Origin: Eledone cirrhosa
Taxonomy: Eukaryota
Direction of reading: 5' to 3'
Length of the DNA stretch: 64,000 bases
Assembly (NCBI GenBank): GCA_964016885.1
Contig: OZ024741.1
Coordinates: 55,490,001 to 55,554,000, forward strand
Shown here: positions 40,875 to 54,790 of the stretch, in pieces
Layout of the letters: each line of letters opens with the position of its first letter
How positions within the stretch are numbered: the first letter of the stretch is position 1
The notes under the pieces: model-generated
Told to the model about the DNA's origin: nothing
What the model saw: only the letters and a program-made list of their open reading frames with translations
Database searches by the model: none
Program-made: the position numbers and the translations under genes

Positions 40875-43792
40875 ATTATTATTAAAGGACTTTAACATCT
40901 GAAACTACTTCGCTTTTTCTTATTCTATATATATATATATATATATGTATGAAATATTGATCGTTTGTCTTGTATCTCATGTCCGTTTTTGCCTGAAAAA
41001 ATACCTCTATGTGTGTATAAATAATACATACATATATTTATTTTTTTAATATCCAATTGAGTTCTTCACGCGTGGTTAAAATTCCTGACAGAATTAATTG
41101 ACCAGCGTATATATTATTTTATCTTTTGCGATGACCACCCCTTCCCGTTTGGGGACAGTGTTAAATTTCTTTTTGTGAGACTGCTGGAATTTCATATTTG
41201 GCGGTCATTCTAGCACTGACGGGGTCCATCGCTGAATATTAATATCAGTATGGTTTTTTATATTGATATTACTGGGCATCCGCTGATGATTTATAAGTGT
41301 CCACCTCAATGTATACCTATGGGCTATGTGCAGTCTTCTACATAACCTGGACATTATTTTCCCAATTTGTAGAAAACTTATAATGAAACGATCGTTAGGA
41401 AGGAGAGATGTATTTAATTATGTCTCATATAAAATAATACAGCTGGCTATCTGCAAAATACATATAGTTAGCACCCCAAACATATAATTGGGATTATACT
41501 CAGGTATATCCTAATGTTTGTTGAGTGTAATGGGTGTCGGTCGGAGTATTGCTTTCTCTGTTAATGTATTAAGTATACATATATATTTAATATAGAAATG
41601 GCTTCTACGGGACTAGAACTGTTTCATTGAGTACCTTACTGTAGTTACCCCCGATTGAACCCGGGATAAACTTACATATATATATATGTGTGTGTGTGTG
41701 GAAATAAAGGTATGGGTGTGTTTTATTTTTATATAAATAGCTACATTCATTCACGTGATTGAATCGTCTTTGAATGACTAAAACATTCACCTCACTAATT
41801 TCGTTCAAGTCATCCGTCGTTGGAAGATCTTATGGAAACTTCAAACAACCGTTCGCAGTTTCTTTTTAATCCTGAATGAATTATTAATGTTTGGAAATGT
41901 TTAGAAGGCTTTCCTTGCATGCTTCATAAATCTGCTATCAGATTCACTGATTGCCCGAAAATTACTCGAAAAAAAAATAATAAATAAATAAAGGCTATAT
42001 AGAGGAATAATATTCTATTATCTCGAATTGTGTACATTTACAATGTTGTTTATAACTGATACAGTTGAACCACTTTATGACGGAGACACTATTATCCTAT
42101 AAGAGAGAAAGAAATGGCTTTCTTAGTGCTAAAGATAATAGAATTAGGATACTGTTGCTATATACATATATATATATATATATGTATATAGCTGGCTCCA
42201 AGAAAGGTTAATTAACTTACATTTTCGATTATTAATAAAATTGTGTTTACGATGTACGTTTAAGCAAAGATAAACATTTAATTCTATCATCTATTGTATG
42301 AGTATTTATTTGATTTCAAGATTTATGGATTTCTATAATGTCATTATCTATTACTTTGTTGGTGAATATACGAAGTAATTTCATCAGACAATGTTCTTTA
42401 GTTTATGTTCATATACGGTTCATAAGAATTGTTGTTATTTTTTATGGAACATACATATAAATAAGTATTGTCGTGTCTTAGATTCTCGATTAAAGAGTTT
42501 TGAAAAACGCTGTATGTGTGCGTGCGCAGGTGTATATAAGGTTGTATTTCTGAGGTCACCGCTTAACAATCTTCTAGTAAGAAATTTGGCCAGATGAATT
42601 TATATATAATTAATAATTAACAACTCATAATACTATATCATAGTTTATTTCTATCGCCGTTTTTCTCTTGACATTTCTTAGTTTTATTGGTCTCTCAGTT
42701 CTATAAATTTGGTAGTACAGTTTGCTAAAAACAATAATCCAAAGTGTGGCAAGTCGCAACTATTCTAGTCATTAGAAAAAGCAAAACGAATGTTTCACCT
42801 CTAGAAGAGGGGTGACTCAGGACGAGAGAGATAAGTGATTTACAAATAAAAGAAACACCACGAAATAACTAAGCATATCTAACCCCAATATTCCAGTCCC
42901 TTCACAATCACACGTAGAAAATAATTTGGTCAATATCCAGAGCCTCAACACATAGATATTACACCAATAAATTGACCACCGCAAAAAAATTTACATTAAG
43001 ATTTATAAAAACTCTACTCACACAATTAAAACATTAAAAATTAAATATGAAATAACTTTTAGTAAATTAAATAAACACTCACACACAAAATGTATATCTC
43101 GTTTATTTAGGTAACATATTTATTAAAACAACAGAAAATTACCACCACAACAATTTACAACCTATAGTAGGAGTTTCAAACGTCTAGCCCTCGGGTCGCA
43201 GGCAGCCCCAAACAACTTTTCTATGGTCCACAGTAAAATAATTTTCGTGACTAATATTTTCCTAAAACTTGATAATTAGGAAAATTTGTCCCTCTACATT
43301 TTGTATTAATTCACATATCTCACTTACTCCCATGTGTATCCATTTTGATTTAAAAAAAACAATAAACAACAGCCTATCAGCTGCATACCATTATAGTTGG
43401 TGGAAATTATGCCTGTCTCTCATCTCACTTTTGACCCACTATACCTCTTTCCCAGGACATAATAGCCCTTCTGAGTCCTTGAATTTGAGATGTCTGATCT
43501 ATACATTAACAATCAGATACCATATCACCCTGTCACAATTCTACTACTTTTGTGAAAACGTTCGAATTCCAACATTCAGTCACTACTTTTCCTACTCTCT
43601 TAGTACCAATACTAGGGGCTAGAATTAGCAAAAATATCCTAGATAGAATTATCCCGACCATCAGTAAAAAGGTAACTCTTAACTTATGGGGGAACACCAA
43701 TCAAGTAATTAATTTACCTCGATAGAAAGCCTGATACTCGGCGGTTTCGGCTAGTTACCTCTTCGAGGAGGTCGGCCATATATATATATATA

Positions 43793-44258
43793 AAAGGGTA
43801 TGGGTATTCCAACAGGCACTAGGTACCTACAGAAATATGCATGGTGTTTATAATAGTTGTGGTTCGATGGTACTAATTTGAGATACCAGAACTATAAAAA
43901 TGAGTGGAGCAAGCAATTATCAAACAATCCTTTAAATAAATTAAAAAACGATTTAAATATTCACCTGTTCTATTGCCGTTACCGACGGTTTCACTAATCA
44001 AAAGATTGGAAATCCAGAGAATTTCCAATGGAAAGAATTAGATCTTCAGACAGCTATTTCCATACTATAAGGGTACAAAACCTCACAGTAAGTCAATATT
44101 TCGCTTACTGCCCGACGCATGCGGTCAAGCCGTTGAAGTGACGCACACGCAAAAATAGGCTACAAGTAGTGAAACCGTCGGTAACGGAAATAGAACAGGT
44201 GAATATTTAAATCGTTTTTTTTATTTATTTAAAAGATTGTTTGCTCCGCTCATTTTAT
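43793..44258. mobile_element. Asymmetric fold-back in (TA)n: tail 43793-43893, arms about 43894-43996 and 44168-44258
   Basis: Inverted arms; full HHR on the left and only the 3' half on the right. Confidence 0.8.
43975..44054 (-). ncRNA. Type-I hammerhead ribozyme, family 5
   Basis: Minus strand: gctgt-CTGAAGA-t-ctaat..ttggaaat..atttccaa..attag-t-GAA-ACCGTCGGT-A-acggc; GUA triplet. Confidence 0.78.
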
Positions 44259-44414
44259 ATATATATATATATACGATATTATGTGTAAACAAGCCCGTAG
44301 CCATGCTGGACCACCTCTAGCAAAATATTCTGTATTCATCGATAGGATTCGAACTTAGGCGTTAAGAGCCCTTTATGATGTTCTACTCCATCACCATAAC
44401 AACTCAACCAATTG

Positions 44415-44504
<90 letters not shown>

Positions 44505-44701
44505 ATTTAATAATCTCCACTTATGTTTGTTGTTTTAGTGTCTTCTACCAACTCTCCAGTCTACTTTCATCCTTCATAAAGATAATATTTCAACATCTCA
44601 TCATTAGCGAATGTAATATAATCATCCCCAAACTTGTAGCTATTATTTAAAGGCATTATATATATTGACTTCCAATCTATTATATATATTTGTGTGTGTG
44701 T

Positions 44702-44735
<34 letters not shown>

Positions 44736-44738
<3 letters not shown>

Positions 44739-44840
44739 GGTACATAGTTAAGTGGTTAACGTATTAGGCACGTTGTACCTTGAGGCAGACAGTTTATTTC
44801 ACGTTGCCCCAGTCCACTCAACTGGCAAAAAAGAGCTCTA
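44736..44840 (+). mobile_element. Internally deleted SINE
   Basis: GAAGG..AGTGGTTA head followed by a CCAGTCCACTCAACTGGCAAAAA core-like segment. Confidence 0.5.
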
Positions 44841-44878
44841 TGTATGAATGTGTGATCTTTCACACACACACACACACG

Positions 44879-44938
<60 letters not shown>

Positions 44939-44975
44939 TCTTCACATTTATTATTATTACTATATATATATATAT

Positions 44976-45195
44976 ATTATTGAGTAAAATGACAGGAGGC
45001 CGGGCGGGTGAAATTCCTTCAAAGATTTATTTCGGCATTTTACTCAATAATGATTAACTCCGTTCTCCCACCACCAACAGGATTCAACATCAAAGATGGA
45101 TGAGTTGCATAACGTCGAGTGCTATTCCTAATGTTACATCATTTTTGGCTATACGGAATGACCAGTTCTATCCAGTGGTTAACCACCAAACTTAA

Positions 45196-45198
<3 letters not shown>
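44976..45198. mobile_element. Mini fold-back with a tail homologous to family 1
   Basis: 16-bp arms ATTATTGAGTAAAATG / CATTTTACTCAATAAT; tail 45052-45198 aligns to the reverse complement of 17417-17555. Confidence 0.75.
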
Positions 45199-45249
<51 letters not shown>

Positions 45250-45663
45250 TACAAAACGAAAGATCAGTGATGCATCTGAACTCAATTTATTGTGTGTTAC
45301 AATTGTTTCGCCGGCGGACAGCTCGAGACGCGATCATTGTGTGGATCTGTCTGATTCTGGACTCGCATGTTCGACGGACACGTCTAATGATTTCGGAGCA
45401 TATTCTCTCATATATATATATATATATATATCGGTGGATTTCAGAGGGGAGACTGGTATGCATGGACTATTGGTGGTTTTCACAAAAAACACCTTGCTGG
45501 GACTTGTGGCTTGGTAGGGAAACTTTCTGGATGCATATCTCATGGTTTTTATATTTTTTTTATTTATAACTGAAATTACAGTCAGTTGCCATACAATACC
45601 TTATAAAAATTGGGTAACGCCCTGAGAGATTCGTAACGATATTTCAGCGGCCGCTACGAGGAA

Positions 45664-45737
<74 letters not shown>

Positions 45738-45829
45738 TCTCTATCTAACTCTATCTCTCTCTGTTTATCTCTCTATCTCTCTCTCTATCTCTCTATCTCT
45801 CTCTCCCTTTCTCTATCTAGCTATCTGTA

Positions 45830-45860
<31 letters not shown>

Positions 45861-45936
45861 CCGTATGTGGTTGACATCTCAGACCCTGAGATAAACAGTC
45901 GAAACTCCAGAGTAACAAGACTCACTATTTAGCCTT

Positions 45937-46008
<72 letters not shown>

Positions 46009-46010
<2 letters not shown>

Positions 46011-46335
46011 GTCAGCATAGACGAATCCGATGGTAACAATTTAAAGTTGGTGGCCCTAAAGAGAGCTTTGGATTGTTCACTCTTAAAAGTCTCAGCGGTG
46101 GTGCTGCCAGCAAAGACGAATCCAGCGATAACAATTTATAGTTAGTGGCCCTGAAGAGGACCTTTTAACGTTCACTTTGAAATATCTCAGCGGTGGTGCT
46201 GCCAACAAAGATGAATCCGATGGTAACAATTTAAACTTGGTGGCCCTGAAGAGGGCCTTGGATCGTTCATTCTTAAAAGTTCCAGCGGCAGAGCTGTCAG
46301 CAAAGATGACTCCGATTAGAGGTGGTGGCCCTTAA
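46009..46335 (+). repeat. Tandem repeat, 95-bp unit, about 3.4 diverged copies
   Basis: CTG(T/C)CA(G/A)CA.AGA.GA.TCC at 46009, 46104, 46199 and 46294. Confidence 0.85.
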
Positions 46336-46699
46336 GAAGCCCTTCACACCACTTTGGTGTGTCGTATTTTCTTTGATTGTTATTTGAGATTGTAACCTAG
46401 AAAAGCATGTAACAGTCGGTGGCCACAAAAACCGCGTTGGCAAGATCACGCTGGAATGTTAAAAAAATGTGTAAATAAGATGTATGGAAAAGTAGATTAA
46501 TTAGGTTAAAACTACGGAATATCGATAGCAAAGCGTAATAGCAACATATAAATGCGGAAAACGGAGACATTGAACATTTATAACGTATAGCAAAAGCAAC
46601 CTCAGAGGCGTACGTGGTATTGTCAAAAGGACAAAAATAGCACACGGATACAGCAAATGTAAGCACTTATACAAAAAAAGAAACAGCGATTACTTGTTT

Positions 46700-46865
46700 T
46701 CAAATTCCTGAGGAGCATGACAGGGGCACCTTCCTTAAGTCGCAGTAAGTGTGGTGGCAATCCGGGAGAGTCTAACGAGTTTAAAAATTCTGTGGGGTAA
46801 TTAACAACTTCGTCCGGATCAGCCATAGAGTCAAGGGACTTGTAGACGTGCAGGTTTCCAGGCAA
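46700..46865 (-). pseudogene. Helitron PIF1-family helicase fragment
   Basis: [38 protein letters not shown]. Confidence 0.9.
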
Positions 46866-47032
46866 GCACAGTGTAGTCGGAGGAGGGGTCGTAGTTAAAG
46901 GCCTTCAACAACCATCGTGAATTGCAAGTCATAGAAATGCCACATAACGATGATCACAGCTGTTCACTTTGCAGAAGTCGGCCATGTCGTTGCTCTATGG
47001 TTTCAGAATTTCGTGTAGCAGTAGTGGCAGCG

Positions 47033-47440
47033 GCGTCCCTGCTTCGTCGAACGGCGCGTCGTCCTTCATCCTCTCGAGCGCGAGCGGCGGATGTTGAAGT
47101 GGCGTCCCTGCTTCGTCGAATGGCTCATTGTCCTTCATCCTCTCGAGCGCGAGCGGCGGATGTTGAAGTGGCGTCCCTGCTTCGTCGAACGGCACGTCGT
47201 CCTTCATCCTCTCGAGCGCGAGCGGCGGATGTTGCAGTAGCGTCCCTGTTTCGTCAATCGGTGCGTCATCCTTCATCCTCTCGAGCGCAAGCAGCGGCTG
47301 TTGCAGAGGTGTCCCTGCTCCATCGAATGGCTCATCGTCCTTCATCCTCTTGAGCGCCAGCAGCGGCTGTTGCAGTGGCGTCCCTGCTTCGTCGAACGGT
47401 GCGTCGTCCTTCATCCTCTCGAGCGCGAGCAGCAGCATCT
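47033..47440 (-). repeat. 69-bp (23-codon) coding tandem repeat, about 6 copies, STPR-like
   Basis: Period of 69; an unlisted minus frame reads AAARAREDEGRRAVRRSRDA.. downstream of the ATG at about 47620. Confidence 0.8.
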
Positions 47441-48679
47441 TTGTTCCGTCGAAGTTCACGCCGACTCTCATCCTCCTCCGCTCTTGCAGCTGCCGTCTGC
47501 ACAGCATTCTGTGAGAGCCTGATCGCAGTCGGATTTACATCTTCGGTGAGACGCCTTCGCTTAGACCTACTTGCATCTTTAGATAATCAACCAATGAAAG
47601 TTCTTTTCTTGGGGGGCATTGTTTTCAGAAATTAACCAGGGAGAACGATAAATAGTGGACAAATAACGTTTAAGTAAGCAAATCTAAACACGGATATAAA
47701 TTGTGAAAAAATGTGATCTGAGAAAGTTTTGCAAGATTTTGTGTACCAGTCAAATTTCAGGTTTTAAGTTAGAGGCAACGCAGCGTACGGACTACGTGTG
47801 ATAAAGGAAATTAAATATAGTGTGGCTACAGTGGTAGGTATATAAGCGTCAGTATATTTGTTCAGTTCGAACATAGCAAGTAAGTACTAACCACTGAAAG
47901 GATACAGGCAAAAATGGCCGAAAAATCACAGCATGATAAACTGGAACCTTATGACCATAAACACATTAACTAAATCTCCTTTAAGATGACAAATTTTGAA
48001 GAAGCATGCGTTTCAGAAACATGGTGTAGCTTATGAGAGTACGCATGTAAAAAAACCTACCACTTGTCAAAAGCCAAAAAAGAAGTGTGATCCTAGGTCG
48101 GACTTGACCAATATAAATAGGAGTGATTTCGCTCAATGAACAACACTCGAGTTGTCTGAATGGTTAGATAATACAAATAAGTGTGATGAAATCTACTGAA
48201 CACAACTCACTGATGTGTGGTTGGCCAGAGGTCACCATTTCGCACTTAATTGAGGTGCAATTAAACGGGGGAGACAACCGGGTGCAAAAACTAATCAATC
48301 ATTCGCACAGTTTAGGCATGAGTGTGAAATAACACAATCCACATACAGTAGGCTTTAAAATTTACACCTGGGTTAAATCGCGCTTTCTTGGTTAGGAGTG
48401 TGAAATGACGCCAAATTTCAATGAAAAAAATTGAACTGCCCATTCCGCACTTAATTGTAGTGAAATTACACAGGGGATACAACCGGGTGCAAAATTAAAT
48501 TCAATCATCCTAAATTTTACTAAACAAACTAAAGTTAAGTCAGGGAGATTTAAAAATTCGCTACTCCATTTGTAGGACATGAGTAACCGATGCGTCAACT
48601 TTCGTTTAAATTGACTTTTATTTCCAGAAATTGAAATGATTTGCTGCAACCATAATATGAACTTTAAAAGTGGTCCAAA

Positions 48680-49620
48680 GGGGCTCACTGCCCTCCCTAG
48701 GGGGTTCTCTTGCAAAATTCAAGTGATAACGAATGTGTGGTGCTTTATCTTATGGCAGGCAATAACCATTTTGTTTAGTTTTTGTAAGAATCAAGTATAA
48801 ACTCCCGAGGTTATGGTACTTTTTTACTGTGGCAGTTTGAACTATTATAGGTTAATGGATTGGGCTCATTGTCCCCGAGGGGGTCCTTTTGCTGAATTGA
48901 CATAAAAGTAAATGTGCCTCACTGTATCTTCATCTGTAGTACATGAATAACAACTAAGTCGAAATTCGTTTCATTGGACTACCAATTATCGAAGCTATGC
49001 TGCATTACAATAGCCAAAATCAATAAATGACTCGCCGGGGCTTACTGCCCCCTGGGGGTCCCCTTGCTTGTTCCGGGTATAGACAGTGTCTTCAACATCA
49101 TCTTTAGGCAACCAATGTGTCGGGTAAAGTTAAAATCGAACGTAAACTTCAAAAGTTATCAGGTACTAATACAGTGTTAATGTGAACTTCAATAGATAAG
49201 TCGAAGGGGCTTACTACCCCCCCCCCCCCCCACCCCACCCAGGGGTCACCTTGATAAGTTCAAGTAAATGATTATGTGTTCACTTTCCTTTATAAGCCAT
49301 GGGTAACCAATACGTCTCGCTTCGTGAAAACTGAATACCAACTCAAGCAGTTATGACGTTTTGTTGCATTGATGATATCAACTTCAACATTCATCAAGTC
49401 GGTTTACTGCCACACACCCCCCTCCCCACAAGGGCTCCTCTACTTGAATTTCTGCGCAAGCGCATGCCTGCATATTTATTTGTAGGCCATAAGAAAACAT
49501 AAGATTAATTTTGGTGAAGATGGGAGGCAAACTGCAGTAATTATAGGGCCTTTATGCAGAAACACTGCTGACGCCAAACGAGAGGCTAAAGTGGGTTATC
49601 TGCCCCTGGGGTGGCCCACA
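48680..49620. repeat. Diverged minisatellite (unit about 170-200 bp) inside the Helitron 5' region
   Basis: GGGCT(C/T)ACTGCCCC..GGGGGT motif near 48681, 48862, 49037, 49206, 49401 and 49595. Confidence 0.6.
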
Positions 49621-49775
49621 ATCGATGTACGGGAAAATAAAATAGCCTACGATGCGTAATATGACTTCAGAAACCTATGGATGAAATTTGGTACAAATCG
49701 GTTGTAAAATGTAGAAATGCATGCGGTTACACAGATAGACAGACATCTTCTGTTTATATATATAGATATAGATAT

Positions 49776-50090
49776 ACACAAAAACAAGATGGCGTAGGAC
49801 AGAACAACGGAGAGGCACAAAAACAAAGAAAAGAATCCCCAGTCACCGAAGAGGTCACAGAATGTGTGACGAAAGAACTTTGACAATATATAAACAATCA
49901 TCTGGTTGTGGAACCAACCAACCAACCGGAAATTTATAAATTCCTAAATTTATAAATTTATTATAATAAATTGAAGTGTAAGCAACTGGTGCGTGTGTTT
50001 CTTATTGGCAACATGACCCTCCCAAAGTATAACAATATCGGTTTCAACACACGTTTTCAGATAAAGAATCTTGCTAAACAAATTCAGAAA

Positions 50091-50093
<3 letters not shown>
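49776..50093 (+). mobile_element. Solo 3' end of the Naiad PLE, including the full tail
   Basis: Matches 39328-39582 plus the reverse complement of tail 34281-34338; ends in (AT)n. Confidence 0.9.
49842..49884 (+). ncRNA. Degenerate family-3 hammerhead (core CCGAAGA, probably inactive)
   Basis: U4>C change and a CUU triplet; stems retained. Confidence 0.55.
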
Positions 50094-50125
<32 letters not shown>

Positions 50126-50190
50126 CATTTCAGAGAATATCTGTCTCTTTATTGCTCTCCACCTATCCGTCTCTCTATATATTCTTAGAC

Positions 50191-50244
<54 letters not shown>

Positions 50245-50645
50245 GATGTGCGTGTGTGTGTGCGTGTATATATATGTGTGTGTGTGTGTAACACAGATAC
50301 ACACAAAAGAAACTCTATTATATGATGTTTGAGTTCCTGGGATAACCTCATCAGTGAGATAAATATTCGGAATAGAAAAAAATCCAAGTAAGCTATACGG
50401 AAGATAAAAAAAACACTAAAAAGCAGGTATACCCACCAGAAAGAAGTTCCAAAATAGCTTACCAAAACATTCTGTCAGCCAACAAGTGGGATTAGGAATA
50501 GAATCAAGATGGCTGCATATGCAAATATGGTTTCACTTTTTTCTTTTTTTTTTCGGTACATTAATCTGATATACATACATATATATATATATAGATATAG
50601 ATATATATATATGCATATATACATGTAAACACACACACTCACTCA

Positions 50646-50710
<65 letters not shown>

Positions 50711-50711
<1 letters not shown>

Positions 50712-50893
50712 ACAAAGGAATTGTGGTAAGGAACGAGATGGACCATAACGCACCAGAGTACTCAATACTTAGGGTAGTAGACTGGGAAATATGAAAAAGT
50801 ATGACCCCGACGGCAGAGCTCAAGCCGTTTCGACGGCCAGAAATAGCCGTCGAAACGGCTCGAGCTCTGCCGTCGGGGTCATACTTTTTCATA
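50711..50893. mobile_element. Mini fold-back in (TA)n: 76-bp tail and 49-bp arms folding inside HHR stem II
   Basis: Hairpin 50788-50893 containing GAAACGGC..GCCGTC (HHR 3' half). Confidence 0.8.
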
Positions 50894-51259
50894 TATATAT
50901 ATATATATATATAAATGAAAAGTATAGAAATTTTTGTAGCAAGAAGCCAACAGTATTCCCTAATATATAAGTGACTATAGCGTCAAAATGGAAAAATAGT
51001 TAACATAAGATGTGGGAAAATAATTCAAACTCAATTCAAAAAGAATCAGGATATAGATTTATCAACAGAATTTTGTGAAATCCATGGAAAAATCAATATA
51101 TATATTAACTCAGAATAAAATAAAGTTTAAAATACTCATCCTTCAATTTGGAAAAACTACAATGCTCTGTATATTCTTAACGACTATTTCACGAAACTTT
51201 CAGTGGGGATGGCCACGGTTGGAGTCGATCATCAGCAGACCTCAAAGACACTATAACCA

Positions 51260-51301
<42 letters not shown>

Positions 51302-51304
51302 GTA

Positions 51305-51351
<47 letters not shown>

Positions 51352-51384
51352 ATGTGTGTGTGTGTGTGTGTGTGTGTTTGTGTG

Positions 51385-51430
<46 letters not shown>

Positions 51431-51433
<3 letters not shown>

Positions 51434-51623
51434 TTTCTGAATTTGTTTAGCAAGATTCTTTATCTGAAATCGTGTGTTGAAACCGATATTGTTATACTTT
51501 GGGAGGGTCATGTTGCCAGAAATTTATAAATTTATAAATTTATAAATGTATAATAAATTGAAGTGAAATCAACTGGTGCGTGTGTTTCTTATTGGCAACA
51601 TGACCCTCCCAAAGTATAACAAT
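51431..51623. mobile_element. 193-bp mini fold-back of the Naiad PLE terminus
   Basis: Same two end points as the 5.3-kb element (TCGTTTCTG... and ...AGTATAACAAT); (TA)n on both sides. Confidence 0.88.
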
Positions 51624-51904
51624 ATATATATATATATATATATATACGCTTGGAATAAAGGTATTTCTATATTCGTTATTCTGTATTAATCCGGATTCAC
51701 GTAATATAAAGTTTGAATGTATATATATATAGAGAGAGAGGTGGGGGGAGAGAGAGTGAGAGAGAGAGGGAGAGAAAGAGAGAGATAGTGAAATATATAT
51801 ACTTGCACAAACATACACTCATACACTCTTGTATACATACGTCTTCTATTTTGGTATTCTTGAAAAACCGTAGGGTTTGCAATCTTTGGTCTTTTGTGTA
51901 CGTA

Positions 51905-51982
<78 letters not shown>

Positions 51983-52769
51983 TGTGTGTGTGTCTGTGTG
52001 TGTGTCTGTGTGTCTGTGTGTCTGTGTATGTGTCTATGTCTGTGTCTGTTTGTGCGTGCGTGTGTGCGCGTATTTGTTTTTATGTGTGTGGTGTGTTATA
52101 TGTATTATGTAAGTGCCGCATGCTGTGCATTCGTGTAATCTATGTATGAGTGAGAGTGTTTATGTGTGTGTGTGTATGTGTGTGTGTGTATGTCTGTCTG
52201 TGTCTGTGTGTGTGTGTGTGTGTGTCTGTGTGTGTGTGTGTATGTGTGTGTGTGTGTTTGTGTTCTCATGCGCATGTGTGGGCCATATGAGTTTGTCGAT
52301 TTCTGTATGTATGCAAGTATGTATGCAAGTATGTATGTATATATGTATGTATATAAACCTGTTTGTATGTATTCATGTACGTACTTATGTATGTATTTAT
52401 GTATGTACGTACTTATGTATGTATGTATGTACGTACTTATGTATGTATGTATGTATGTATGTACGTATGTACGTATGACCCCTTAGCCTTTGTCAAGGCA
52501 GAATTCTAGGAGAAGGAAAACTCTGATATAACACCTGCAACCCTGATGGTATCCAATGATGTTGACTTGTTCTTCTTTTTGGTAAATATCATCTTGGTTA
52601 AGAGAGTGGGACTGGCTTTGTGCAGTGCCTTTGCTCACTATAAAAGCTTCACGGCACAGGCATTGCTTTATATCTGGAGATCTCTCTGCACTTGTCATCA
52701 CATGGTACCATGGGCCCAGCACTATGTGTCAGTAATTGTCACAAGTGTAGTGTTTGTACCAGAGAAGTT

Positions 52770-53590
52770 TTCGAGTTCTAACATCCATCTCACTTAGTTC
52801 TTGCAATGACCAGTTCAGTAGGCCAAATGTTGGCGTTAGAATTGGCACAGCATAAGTATTGTGGGCAATGTATTTGTTGTATGCTGACAGTTCTGATGAC
52901 CATATTTTCTTTACTCTTCTGAGGTATTCAGTTCTGGTTCTCTCCTTATTTATGGGTCCATCATATCTGACATTCTCATCCTGTCCAAGATATCTGTAGT
53001 TGTCACCTGACTGCAGAGGTTGTATTGTCAGGCCGTTCATCTCTAGATTTCTAGAGGAGGGCACAGCTCTTCCACGTTTTACTGCCAAATATGCACACTT
53101 GGACTCACCAAATTTCATTTTGATGTCGGTTGAAAATTGTGTAATGAGGTCCAATTGTTTCTTGGTGTCATTGATATTTGGCCCATACAACTTCAGGTCA
53201 TCAACAAAGAAAAGATGGGAGATACTTCTGGTCCCACTTCTTTGTCGACCTTGTTTCCTGAGTAGGTAAGATAGTGGATTCAGTGAGAGAACGAAGAGTA
53301 GCACTGACAAGCTATCACCCTGAAAGATGCCCTTCTGGTAATGTATCTTATCAGTCTTAACCTGCTCCTTCTCACCTCTAAGGATCAAACTGGTGTACCA
53401 GTTCTTGGTCAGGCGTTCAACAGCAGCTACCAATGGTTGTGGGACTTTAGCTAACTGTAAAGCCTTAACAATCCACCCATGAGGTACACTATCAAATGCT
53501 TTTTGATAGTCCAGCCACACGACAGTCATGTTTCTGCGATTCTTTGTTGTTTTTTCCTGAATCATTTTGTTAGTTAGTAGGTGATCTATG
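52770..53590 (-). mobile_element. R4/Dong-like LINE RT fragment
   Basis: WLDYQKAFDSVPHGW, GIFQGDSLS, SHLFFVDDLKLY and YRYLG. Confidence 0.9.
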
Positions 53591-53727
53591 CACGTATCTA
53601 TGTACGTACTTATGTTTGTATGTATGTATGTATTTATGTATGTATGTACGTACTTATGTATGTACGTATGTATGTACGTATGTATGTACGTACTTATGTA
53701 TGTACGTATGTATGTATGTATATATAT

Positions 53728-54228
53728 ATGATGGTATCCAATGATGTTGACTTGTTCTTCTTTTTGGTAAATATCATCTTGGTTAAGAGAGTGGGACTGG
53801 CTTTGTGCAGTGCCTTTGTTCACTATAAAAGCTTCACGGCACAGGCATTGCTTTATATCTGGAGATCTCTCTGCACTTGTCGTCACATGGTACCATGGGT
53901 CCAGCACTATGTGTCAATAATTGTCACAAGTGTAGTTTTTGTACCAGAGTTTTCAAGTCGCTGGCTGGACTAAAAAGTCACACTCGTTCAGCGCATCGGT
54001 AGGGGTTCTCCTACATGGATATAAAGTAGTGGCCGTACTCGAAAACGAGTTGGCAGCCACCATATATATATGTATGTATATGAACATGTATGTACGTATT
54101 CATGTACATACTTATGTACTTACTTATGTATGTATGTATGTATGTATGTACGTTCAGCGCATCGGTAGGGGTTCTCCTACATGGATATAAAGTAGTGGCC
54201 ATACTCGAAAACGAGTTGGCAGCCACCA
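53728..54228 (+). repeat. Repeated non-coding module (copies at 52475-52770, 53728-54061, 54152-54227 and 60977-61473)
   Basis: Near-identical copies; three end at the same base, GAGTTGGCAGCCACC|AT. Confidence 0.85.
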
Positions 54229-54530
54229 TGTATGTATGTATGTATGTATGTATGTATGTATGTATGTATGTATGTATGTATGTATGTATGTATGTATGTA
54301 TGTATGTATGCATTTGTGCTACTGCGTGTGCATGCATGGAGATACGTGCGTTTCTTTAATAACTTCAGCATGTCCAAACAAATCTAATTTACTTGCACTA
54401 CTGCATTGTGGGAGATTTAGGCGCCATTAATGCTGGAGTCTGTCTGCGTACTTCTTATTCGTTCCTGTTTCACTCACTAATTATACGTCTCTCTCTTTCA
54501 CCCTCTTATCATATATATGTTTGTGTGTGT

Positions 54531-54615
<85 letters not shown>

Positions 54616-54724
54616 CGTACACAAGCCACACATGCACATCGACACAAGTGTACAGACATATATCTATACTCACATACACACACACACACACACACACATA
54701 AATATATATATATATATATTTATC

Positions 54725-54790
<66 letters not shown>

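Larger units (their letters stand above)
40037..40927. mobile_element. 0.9-kb asymmetric fold-back in (TA)n: tail 40037-40113, arms about 40114-40432 and 40608-40926
   Basis: Mirror ORFs 40137- and 40663+; an HHR in each arm. Confidence 0.9.
46397..49766 (-). mobile_element. Helitron relic, internally deleted; 3' end uncertain
   Basis: 5' terminus TCTATATATATAAA..GTCTGTCT at 49766; N-terminal 23-aa repeats plus AFNYDP..DY joined to a PIF1 segment. Confidence 0.75.

Noticed and set aside
41000-43700. Possible host exons or a GIY-YIG remnant
   Set aside because: The region is AT-rich with no recognisable protein motif. Small exons cannot be excluded by eye.
43736-43772. Hammerhead on the minus strand (CTCGAAGAGG..CCGAAACCGCCGAG)
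   Set aside because: The core has an insertion and the NUH triplet is missing.
46922-47507. Listed repeat ORFs 46922+ and 46995- as proteins
   Set aside because: They are alternative frames of the 69-bp Helitron repeat.
52729-53907. 392-aa ORF as an intact gene
   Set aside because: It is a chance in-frame chimera of a non-coding module, a (TACA)n tract and a Dong/R4 RT fragment.
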